In this document: one piece after another, positions 36,632 to 45,571 of the stretch
Layout of the letters: every line of letters starts with the position of its first letter
Numbering within the stretch: the stretch's first letter is position 1
Assembly (NCBI RefSeq): GCF_032191835.1
Contig: NC_083236.1
Location: 11,098,001-11,162,000 of the forward strand
Source: Heteronotia binoei
Taxonomy: Eukaryota
Direction: 5' to 3'
Length of the DNA stretch: 64,000 nucleotides
Position numbers and translations under genes: made by a program
The notes under the pieces: generated by a model
Told to the model about the DNA's origin: nothing
The model's input: only the letters and a program-made list of their open reading frames with translations
Databases searched by the model: none

Positions 36632-38507
36632 CTTTCCCGAACCGTTTTTACAAACACGTCTGTCACCTTTCCTTCCCATTTGGAACTCGATAACAACCGA
36701 TTCCTGGGTGCTGACCATCGTGCGCCTCGGTTACGCAATCGAGTTCATTTCTCCACCTCGCCACCACTATTTCACAGCTACCCCTCCGTCTCCTCTCCTC
36801 CGTCAGGAGATTCTGGACTTGCTCAACAAGGAAGCCATCGAACCCGTTCCCCCCCTACATCGGGGGACAGGCTTCTATTCAAGATACTTCCTAGTTCCCA
36901 AGAGGGATGGAGGAAAGCGTCCCATCCTAGATCTAAGGAAGCTCAACAAGCACATCACATACAGGAAGTTCAGAATGATCTCCCTGCAGTCCATCTTGCC
37001 CCTTATTCCCAGGAATTCCTGGATGGCTTCCCTAGACCTTCAGGACGCTTACTTCCATGTGACCATTCGACCTCAACATCGGAAGTATCTGCGATTTGCC
37101 ATGGGCCCGGACCACTACCAATATGTGTCCCTACCTTTCGGCCTTTCCACTGCGCCGCGCGTTTTCACCAAATGCATGGCGGTTGTGGCAGCTGCACTTC
37201 GCACTCAGAACATCCCAGTCTTCCCATACATCGACGACTGGCTCCTGGTGGCCCCGACACTACAGCAATTGGAGCACAATCTCGACACAGCTCTCACTCT
37301 TCTGCGCTCCCTAGGCCTTCGCGTGAATGCATCAAAATCGCACCTAACACCTACCCAGAACCTCAAGTTCATAGGCGCTTTTCTCTGCACCTCCCTGCAT
37401 CGAGCTTTCCTCCCCGAGGATCGGGCACACACTATTATTGCCCTAGCCAAGTCAGTTCAACAACAGCCTCTCCAGTCTGCGTTCACCATCCAACGCCTGC
37501 TGGGCCTTATGGCCGCTACTACATCTGTCCTTCCTTTTGCAAGACTGCGAATGCGACACCTACAGACATGGTTTGTCCGAGCTTACCACCCTCAAACTCA
37601 ATCTCAAGCTGTTCTGCTCACTGTTCTGCACAGAGTGCTTCTATCTCTCACGTGGTGGACTGCACCCAACAATCTCCTCGAGGGCAAGCCGTTTCTACCG
37701 CCCTCCCCGACGGCCTCGATAACAACAGATGCCTCCAAGGGGGGATGGGGAGCCCACCTAGAGGACAAAACTGTCAGAGGGCTTTGGACGACCGCCGAGA
37801 GCCGTATGCATATAAACTGCTTAGAACTGATCGCGGTGCACAGAGCTCTTCAATCATTTCTTCCACTAATAAGGGGCCAACATGTCCAGATCTCAACGGA
37901 CAATATGGCAACTGTTTATTACATAAACAAACAAGGGGGAACCAGATCCCTCTGTCTCTGCCGTATAGCCGTACTGCTCTGGGAATGGTGTGTCAAGCAC
38001 AACATATTCATGACTGCCATTCATCTTCCCGGGGTGGAGAATATTCTGGCCGACTCCCTCAGCAGAATTCGCATAGACGACCACGAATGGTCCATCAATC
38101 CGATCTACCTTCGGCGCATCTTCCGTTGCTTCGGAACACCCAAGGTGGACGCCTTTGCATCCAGGAACAATGCCAAGTGTCCTCAGTTTTATTGCAGGAG
38201 GGGCAACGACGCATTTCTGCACAATTGGACAGGTCCCCTTCACTACTTCTTTCCACCGACCCCCCTTCTGACACGTGTGTTGGTGAAGATAGCTCGGGAT
38301 GGCACAGACTGCATCCTCATTGCGCCATGGTGGCCTCGGCAACCGTGGTTCACGCGGCTGCTTCAACTGTCACGCCACACTTACTACCGACTCCCTCCTG
38401 CGGGCGACCTCCTTTCTCAAGCCAACGGTCAGATTCTCCATCACAACCCTCGAGTCCTGGCCCTGGCTGCCTGGAGAATACATCCACCTACCTCTCAACA
38501 GAGGTAG
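36408..38507 (+). CDS. DIRS ORF2: reverse transcriptase, RNase H and N6-adenine methyltransferase-like (MT) domain
   Basis: RPILDLRKLN, DLQDAYFHV, LPFGLSTAPRVFTK and YIDD (RT); TDAS..GWGAH, HINCLEL, TDN, N..ADSLSR (RNase H); DAFAS...YFFPP (MT). True start uncertain. Confidence 0.95.
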   Translation: MTAVSVLSAWEFPNRSPSSPTAQSPGDHLFKDAKGHLSVLISGRGRLGSRNLSFNRGRGHNSLKSPPFLLNSLFDFPEPFLQTRLSPFLPIWNSITTDSWVLTIVRLGYAIEFISPPRHHYFTATPPSPLLRQEILDLLNKEAIEPVPPLHRGTGFYSRYFLVPKRDGGKRPILDLRKLNKHITYRKFRMISLQSILPLIPRNSWMASLDLQDAYFHVTIRPQHRKYLRFAMGPDHYQYVSLPFGLSTAPRVFTKCMAVVAAALRTQNIPVFPYIDDWLLVAPTLQQLEHNLDTALTLLRSLGLRVNASKSHLTPTQNLKFIGAFLCTSLHRAFLPEDRAHTIIALAKSVQQQPLQSAFTIQRLLGLMAATTSVLPFARLRMRHLQTWFVRAYHPQTQSQAVLLTVLHRVLLSLTWWTAPNNLLEGKPFLPPSPTASITTDASKGGWGAHLEDKTVRGLWTTAESRMHINCLELIAVHRALQSFLPLIRGQHVQISTDNMATVYYINKQGGTRSLCLCRIAVLLWEWCVKHNIFMTAIHLPGVENILADSLSRIRIDDHEWSINPIYLRRIFRCFGTPKVDAFASRNNAKCPQFYCRRGNDAFLHNWTGPLHYFFPPTPLLTRVLVKIARDGTDCILIAPWWPRQPWFTRLLQLSRHTYYRLPPAGDLLSQANGQILHHNPRVLALAAWRIHPPTSQQR

Positions 38508-39505
38508 CAAATGTCATCCTCAACGCAAGAAAGCCTTCCACGAGACTTTCTTATCAGCGTAAATGGAAGCGCTTCTGTTCCTTTGCGACATCTTCTCATC
38601 TGCAGCCGGAAACGGCTCCACTTCCCCTAATCCTGGACTACCTGCTTTCTCTACAGAAATCGGGACTCTGTTATTCCTCCTTGAAGGTTCACCTTTCTGC
38701 GGTTTCTGCTTTCCACAATCCGATTGATGGCAAGACTGTGTTCTCCCATCCTTTATCAAAGTCCTTCCTTAAGGGCATGTTGCATCTCAACCCACCTGTT
38801 AAGCCCTTTGTTCCGACTTGGAGTTTATCGTTAGTCCTTTCCTGCCTGATGAAACCCCCTTTTGAGCCTATGGCTACCATAGACCTCAACCTTCTTTCCT
38901 GGAAGACAGCATTACTCGTAGCCCTTACCTCGGGCAAACGGGCAAGTGACTTATGCGCCTTCCGCTACGATTCTCCCTACACCATTTTCCACAAGGACAA
39001 AGTTGTTTTGCGACCGGACCCTGCGTTCCTGCCGAAGGTTGTCTCCCAGTTCCACCTATCCACCTCAACTTCTCTACCAACCTTTTTCTCCAACCCATCC
39101 GACCAGGGTCAACGAGCCCTGCATTCCTTGGACGTTAGAAGGGCTTTATCCTTCTACCTTGACCGTACACAACCTTTCCGTAAGGACCCTAACCTGTTTG
39201 TGGCCTATGGAAACCCTCACAAGGGTCTTAAAATTTCTACCCAACGTCTGTCGAAGTGGGTAGTCAGTGCCATCAGGTTGTGTTACGAACTGGCTAAACA
39301 GCCTTTGCCCGAAGGCCTTAAGGCCCACTCTACTAGAGCGGTCTCGACGTCTTCGGCCTTCCTACAAGGCGTTTCTCTAGAGGACATTTGTGCGGCTGCA
39401 TCCTGGTCCTCTCCATCCACGTTCGTCTCCCATTATGCGCTGGACGTTCGTGCGAGACGTGACGCCTCCTTCGGTCAAGCGGTCCTCAGATCCATCTTCC
39501 ACTGA
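36632..39505 (+). CDS. DIRS ORF3: long N-terminal region overlapping ORF2, then tyrosine recombinase (from about 38500)
   Basis: Stop-free from directly after the gag TGA, in the same frame as gag. First ATG at 37172 (the track's 36680 start is TTG). Catalytic residues seen: GKRASDL (R), AHSTRA (HxxR), WSS (W), SHY (Y). Confidence 0.92.
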   Translation, partial: LSRTVFTNTSVTFPSHLELDNNRFLGADHRAPRLRNRVHFSTSPPLFHSYPSVSSPPSGDSGLAQQGSHRTRSPPTSGDRLLFKILPSSQEGWRKASHPRSKEAQQAHHIQEVQNDLPAVHLAPYSQEFLDGFPRPSGRLLPCDHSTSTSEVSAICHGPGPLPICVPTFRPFHCAARFHQMHGGCGSCTSHSEHPSLPIHRRLAPGGPDTTAIGAQSRHSSHSSALPRPSRECIKIAPNTYPEPQVHRRFSLHLPASSFPPRGSGTHYYCPSQVSSTTASPVCVHHPTPAGPYGRYYICPSFCKTANATPTDMVCPSLPPSNSISSCSAHCSAQSASISHVVDCTQQSPRGQAVSTALPDGLDNNRCLQGGMGSPPRGQNCQRALDDRREPYAYKLLRTDRGAQSSSIISSTNKGPTCPDLNGQYGNCLLHKQTRGNQIPLSLPYSRTALGMVCQAQHIHDCHSSSRGGEYSGRLPQQNSHRRPRMVHQSDLPSAHLPLLRNTQGGRLCIQEQCQVSSVLLQEGQRRISAQLDRSPSLLLSTDPPSDTCVGEDSSGWHRLHPHCAMVASATVVHAAASTVTPHLLPTPSCGRPPFSSQRSDSPSQPSSPGPGCLENTSTYLSTEVANVILNARKPSTRLSYQRKWKRFCSFATSSHLQPETAPLPLILDYLLSLQKSGLCYSSLKVHLSAVSAFHNPIDGKTVFSHPLSKSFLKGMLHLNPPVKPFVPTWSLSLVLSCLMKPPFEPMATIDLNLLSWKTALLVALTSGKRASDLCAFRYDSPYTIFHKDKVVLRPDPAFLPKVVSQFHLSTSTSLPTFFSNPSDQGQRALHSLDVRRALSFYLDRTQPFRKDPNLFVAYGNPHKGLKISTQRLSKWVVSAIRLCYELAKQPLPEGLKAHSTRAVSTSSAFLQGVSLEDICAAASWSSPSTFVSHYALDVRARRDASFGQAVLRSIFH

Positions 39506-39655
39506 AGCCAAGGGTGAGTTCATCCGCTTCCATCTTTTCGCTGCATACCATGTCACTTGATGGTTGATTGCGTGATTACATATGATCTGATTGCTTCCTG
39601 TGACTAACTTTCTTCTTTACCAGCACCCTCCTCCAGGTCATCTAGCTGGCTAGTC

Positions 39656-39752
39656 ACCCATGTGTGGGACTGCACAGAGACCACGAAGAAGATAAACAGG
39701 TTGCTTACCTGTAACTGATGATCTTCGAGTGGTCATCTGTGCAGTCACACAC
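39656..39752 (+). repeat. DIRS internal complementary region (ICR)
   Basis: 39656-39693 is the exact reverse complement of the left end (33680-33717). 39694-39752 is the exact reverse complement of the right end (39984-40042). The two halves are directly joined, which defines the circle junction ...cctgttt|atcttc... Confidence 0.95.
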
Positions 39753-39831
39753 GCCCACCCAGCCTTCCCCGCTGCTGGCCTCTTGTAATTGTTGCTTAAC
39801 CTTGTATAGTGTCAGTGCCGGCGGCGGCTGG

Positions 39832-39998
39832 AAGAAACTGAGTGGAATGGGCGCTCTCCCCCCGCTCCAGGCATGCGCGGTCGCTGCCTGCTCCCCAGAG
39901 CGGGAGGAAAGCGCGCCAAAAGACGTTATAGGCGAGCTATTGGAGCTCCGAGGTATGGATCCGTTGCCTGCGGCAAGACCCATGTGTGTGACTGCACA
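39832..39998 (-). repeat. DIRS right inverted terminal repeat, followed by a unique right-end extension to 40042
   Basis: Inverted copy of 33697-33863. Confidence 0.95.
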
Positions 39999-40368
39999 GA
40001 TGACCACTCGAAGATCATCAGTTACAGGTAAGCAACCTGTTTTTATGCTTCCTTTACATCCAAATAGGGGTCCCCAGGGCAGAGCCAGGGCTGCCCACCC
40101 AAACTCTATTCCTTGTGCACTGTAGTATTCTCCCTCAGCTTGGACAGCTGTAAGGTGTTGCAGTTTCTCAAGTGTGAATCCTATAAGTATTATGAAGGAA
40201 AATGTTATTTCCATGCTTTGCGTAAACTGCAGCTAAACAGTCAATGTTTTCCCCTCCTATCTCTGCTGGAGCACATTTCCTGTCAGTGTTGCAGTTCCAT
40301 TTGTCAACCATCATTCCTCAAACTGTTTTGGTCATTCTGATTAACTGTGGGCCCATTTGCTATTGCAG

Positions 40369-40527
40369 CTTCGACACTTGGGGAATGATGAGGTTCATGT
40401 TGTCTGGTCTGAACATACCAGGAATTATCGCAGGGGCATAATCCCAACAGATTTCGGAGATGTTTTGATTGTTATTTATCCGATGAAGAATCACATGTTT
40501 TTCATAGAGATCATGAAGAAACCAGAG
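40369..40527 (+). CDS. RALGAPA2: RALGAPA2 coding exon with GAP catalytic-helix motif ([16 protein letters not shown]...KKPE)
   Basis: ttgcAG acceptor and gag|GTATGT donor. 159 nt, phase 0 to 0. KLRHLGND is the Rap-GAP family Asn-thumb motif. Confidence 0.97.
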
Positions 40528-42554
40528 GTATGTTTTTTTTGCAACTTCATTAGGTCTATGATAGGATAGAAACAATTCTAGCGCCTGAAGGCACTACATT
40601 AATAGCAAACCCTGAGTAATATTTTTAGATCATATAACAGTTTATATTGAATTTTTACTTAAGACACTTTTACCTCACCCCTCAGTCAGAATGTTTTCAT
40701 GGCACATTACAAAGCCAGATCTTATATCAAACCAATAAAACAATGCTTTAACACTAATGATAATACCAAGGAAACAAAATATTACTGTGGCTAAAACAGA
40801 AAACCAAAATAATAAAGGAGAAACACAGAGACATTTATACAGAGCAAGAACATAGAGAGAGTGTCTGAAATCAACAGGGCACATAAGATCCAAAAACTGT
40901 ATGCCCAGGGTGAGGGAAGAAGGCAATAAGCTAGGAACTTGGACAAGCAAATATGTCTCCACTTGATGCCAAGAGCTAAACAGGATTGATACTAGGCAAG
41001 TTACAATTAGGAAGGTGTTCTGTATTTGGTGTGCCACAGCCAAGAAAGCCCTGCTCTTCATACAAACCCATCTCAGCTCAAAATGGAAAGCAGAGCTTTT
41101 ATATCTCCACTAATGGGCAGGTGCATCTAAGAGTAAGTTTGTGAACCATTTTGTACTACATAACCCTATTACCTGCATAGAAAAGCCCTGTAGTATAGTT
41201 CATTTTTGCACATTTAAGTTAAGGAATTTAAGTTTTTGTTTCTTATAATACTTGGATGCTAATGTTTGTGCTGTTCTTTACATTGATGAAATATTACAGG
41301 ACTGATTTTAAGACTGTGTGCCATTTTTTTCAGTAACTTTGAATATTTATCTGAAATCCTTGTTTGCTCTTAGAGCCCATTCAGATGTTAGAAAATAGTA
41401 AGAGAAAAGAGAAACCTATGTGGCGTATACTCTGAATCCTCAATTCTACTGTTGTTTGCAAAGGAGGAATTAATGGGTTTTACTTATGCTTGAGTGCCCA
41501 CTGGCTTGTCTTGCACTGTGTTACTGGTCACAAATGGAGACCTGTTTTCAGTGATAGCTTCAGTAGTTTATCAGCCTGTTCACTGGTTGACAGGTTGCTT
41601 CACTTTATTCCTGTCTAATCATACAGTACAGTGCAGTTTGCATTCTCACACAGCACATCCTCTTTCCTTGCTGTGTATCTGCACCATTCAACAGGCAGTT
41701 GTTTAAATAGACAATTAAATCTGTCACAAATCATATAATAAATCAGTTATAAATAAATGCTAGTTTAAATAAAATCTTCCCCGTTGATGTTTAACAAAGA
41801 AGTGTAGTGCTGATGCTAATGGCTGCTCAATCAGCAGCATATTTGTGCATGCTCAGTTCTACAAAAACCTTGCGCAAAGCACTTTGGCAGGTGTTTGCCG
41901 TTGATTGGCCTGAACCAAATAGGTTGGGTGATTGGCTTGTACTTTATGGGCACCTTCAAATATGTTCATGACGAACTTTGCAACATCCCTACTTACAGTA
42001 AGCTCCGACATGCGGTTGATTCCTGCAACATTCAGATTTAGCTGGAAGAGAAACCGGGTGTATGGAAGCATTGCAACTTCCGCACACTTGTGTTCTTCAC
42101 TTGTTGCCATATGCAGTTTTCAGATAAAAATACATAGCTTATATTTTCTGTTCTCTAACTTGGTTTATCAGAAGGTGTATTTTTTTTTATTTCAGCAAGG
42201 TTGCCCTTGAACATGAATCCTCTTCTCAATTACCTCCTATGTAAATAAACATACAGTAAACTGAAACCACATAATCACCCAATGGCTTTGATAGCAGACG
42301 TGGGTGGGTGGAGGCTGAATCTGCACTCCCCATGATTGCTGAAGAGCTGTTGGTGTCATCGAAACAAACAATAGCACAGTCTCGTTTGGCAATTGCTTGA
42401 GCAGATATCTTCTCATTCTTCCGCATGCAGTAACATTGGACTGATGTGTGCTGAGTGAATATGTGCCAAAAAGATTGTGTATTTGGTATGCTGAAATTAA
42501 CCTTCCAAGAATATTCAGTTAAAATTAATATTAGACTGCAGTTATGCATCCAGT

Positions 42555-42734
42555 CAGGGCTTTTTTTATAGCAGGAACTCCTTTGCATATTATGTAGCTA
42601 ATGCTCTGATGTAGCTAATCCAAGAGCTTACTGGGCTCTTCTTACAGGGCCTGCTGTAAGCTCTTGGAGGATTGGCTACATCAGGGGGGTGTGGCCTCAT
42701 ATGCAGAGGAGTTCCTGCTACAAAAAAAGCCCTG
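42555..42734. mobile_element. hAT MITE (CAGGGCTTTTTT TIR family)
   Basis: TIRs CAGGGCTTTTTT / AAAAAAGCCCTG; perfect 8-bp TSD CATCCAGT. Confidence 0.92.
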
Positions 42735-45371
42735 CATCCAGTTATATAAAGCTTACCTTCTTTTTAAAAAATATTGAACCTATTTGAATACTTAACATGA
42801 AATGATAGCCAGAATCTCCAATTTAACCGTTTTTCTTGTTGTGTGCATCTCCCCTTCCCTCGCCCTTGGTGACATTCTCCACAATGCAAAAGGTGAGGCA
42901 ACATGCCCTGGCAAGACCACTTTCCACTTGCTCAGCTGTCACAGGCTTTAAAATAAATTGCATAGTTTTTAAAATGTATTTTGTCACAATAGCCCTGTAG
43001 CCCTTTTCATTGTAGGGGAAGAGGCAGCTGCTTCTTGTGTTCATAGATAATGGTAGATTTAGGCAACTCTCAGGCAGGCTCCAGTTCTTGCTGTTGCCTT
43101 GAGTCATGGGGACCCCATGAAAAAGGAAAGTGTGGGACAGATTCAGAAGCAGATGATGTGTAGCTGATTAAAGACAAACATGCTCAGAACAATAAAGATA
43201 GTACTGAAATGTTTAGGTATGCCTGTTGTTACATCTTAGTGGTTTGAGATCTGTTGGAGTAGATTTCATAAAGGAACTTTAGTTTTTCAGGGCCCAAGCA
43301 TCTTGGCTTCCAGTAGCAGCATTTCCTTTTAGAGAGTTCAGTTCATTATTACAGTCAATTACCAGAATATTTTAGACATTTAGAACAGCCTTAAAAGTAC
43401 ATTATAAAAAATCCCACAAATAACCTGCATGTAAAGATTTGATAACTTAAGGGTTATGACAGTAAGGAAGAATAAAAAAGGTTTTTAATCCTTTAAACCA
43501 TTTTAAAAATCACTTTAAAATTTGTTAAAAGATTTACAGTTTGGCCTTTTTGTCTCGCTTTTTTTGCATTCTTTATAAACCTGGGAACAGAACCTAACCA
43601 GTTGTCTTGTTGTCTGAGAAACTGCACTAAAATTGTATTCTTGAGTCACATTATTGTCTGCTTACATTGAAGCATATTGTAAAGTGTTGATAAATTGCTG
43701 CTTTGATATTGAAGCCTTAACTCTCTAGGTTCAATTTGGCTCCCCAAATAATTTCATTAAAAGTCATGTTTGGATTGACAAGGGTTCTTGCAGAATGAGG
43801 GACTTGGGAGGAGATCAGCTTGTTTGTTTCACTGATGCAACTGTATCTTCAAAGTATCCAGTCTGCAGAAAGAAAAATAGCAAAGTGGAAAATGTATTAC
43901 GTTTTCCATTTAAAATGCAACCTTTTCAGTGTAATAAAATTAATCTGGACATTTCCAGGGCAAAATGTGGCTGACCTTTCGTTCACCAGCTACTGACCCC
44001 TGAGTGAATGAAAGCAGCTTTTCGAGAGAATTGGCTATTTGGCTTCAGTTCCTGGTATTTAAATTGCATTCCCTAATCAAATGAAAAAGCTGTCCCTTCT
44101 CTGTCAGGTTTCAGGATCCATGGTAACATTTGGCCTTTTATGTACATGTTAGCCTTTTTTTTGTTTGCATCTAAGTAGTGACACCTGGAGTAATGTTAAC
44201 ATTCACCAATTTAGTATTAATAGCTTCATTATGTAAGAATCTTTGATCAAATAGCTGTTACTTTTGTTATATTGCTACAGCTTGCATTGTGTTCAATGTT
44301 TTAAAATTATTATTATTATTCTCTGGCTCGGCAACCAGGCAACGATTTGCAAACTTTTTTGTCTTGATTAATTAACCAATATAATTATCGGGAACTGCGA
44401 TGCAGTCTTTTGCTCAACAAAGCTGCCGCGAGGAAAACAATAGTAAGTCTGTTAGTCTGAATGCATTCCACGCGCCGCAGATGCATTAAGATATTCTGAA
44501 CAATGAGGCAGAAAGCAGCCTGCGAAAGTGGACAAAGAGCGCCTTGCAGCCTTGACACGCGGCACATACCGCCAGGGAGATGCGGAGAGTTCCCTGGGAC
44601 ACAGAGGCCTCGTTAAATTGCAGCCAGCCAGCAGTGGTTTAATTCTCAGCCATTTGGTACAATAATTTACTAATTTGCCAGCTTTTAAAACTCTATAGCT
44701 TGCTGTGGAAGACATGTCTTTGTCCTCAAAAGGCTTATTTAAATTTGACTGTAACATTTTTTAAAATTGTGCTTTTTTTTTTTTGCTTAATAACTGTAGT
44801 ACAGCAAAAGTGGAAGTGTGAGGAGTATGAATTGTTTCATGATAACGTTAGGATTTGTGAAGATCACCAGGGAGGAGACTGTGTTGTTTCTTATCTGTAT
44901 GTTTATCGAGCAAGATCTTTTTGTTTTTATATTGCTGTGTTTTATATTGCTGAGCGTCTGTTTTTCAAAAAGAAATCAGTTTTGATCCCATGAAAACAAA
45001 TAAAATTATTTTAGGACCCGAGACAGCCATGAAACAATCACTATCCATTTGGAGTGAGGGAAGGGTAGTCTACTAAGGGAGAGAGTCCTTTTTCTGGAAC
45101 TGATTGTGTTGTCCACACTGTGTTGTCCACACTGGCTCTTGGGCACAGCTCTAGCTTTCAGGTTCATTTAGAGGTAAAGCCAGACTATCTTAACATTATT
45201 TTTATGCACTTCAAATGTCAAGGGAAGGGGGAGGGGAAATCAGGCCAGTCAAATTTAAAACAAATGTCAGGATGCCTTTTCTCTGTGTGTAATTCAGGAT
45301 TTGAACATGAAACACTTGTAGTTAACAAGTATAAAATTAATATTTTACAAATGTTAAAGCACCTGTAGAAG

Positions 45372-45571
45372 CAGGGCTTTTTTTGAGCAGGAATGCACAA
45401 GAACACAGTTCTGGCTGACTCGGTGTCAGGGGGTGTGGCCTAATATGCAAATAAGTTGCTACTGGGCATTTTCTACCAAAAATACCATGTGTGAAACAAT
45501 GGTGATGTCAGGGGGTGTGGCCTAATATGCAAATGAGTTCCTGCTGGGCCTTTTCTACTCAAAAAGCCCTG
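45372..45571. mobile_element. hAT MITE, same TIR family
   Basis: TSD tgtagaag / tgtacaag; internal segment duplicated; two ATGCAAAT octamers. Confidence 0.88.

Larger units (their letters stand above)
33680..40042 (+). mobile_element. Full-length, apparently intact DIRS1-like tyrosine-recombinase retrotransposon (6363 bp) in a RALGAPA2 intron
   Basis: Inverted terminal repeats, an ICR complementary to both termini, three long uninterrupted ORFs (gag; RT-RH-MT; YR), CpG-rich, no TSD. Confidence 0.97.

Noticed and set aside
36680-36682. Track start for the 941-aa ORF
   Set aside because: The codon is TTG. The frame is open from 36632 and the first ATG is 37172, so this start is an artefact of the ORF caller.
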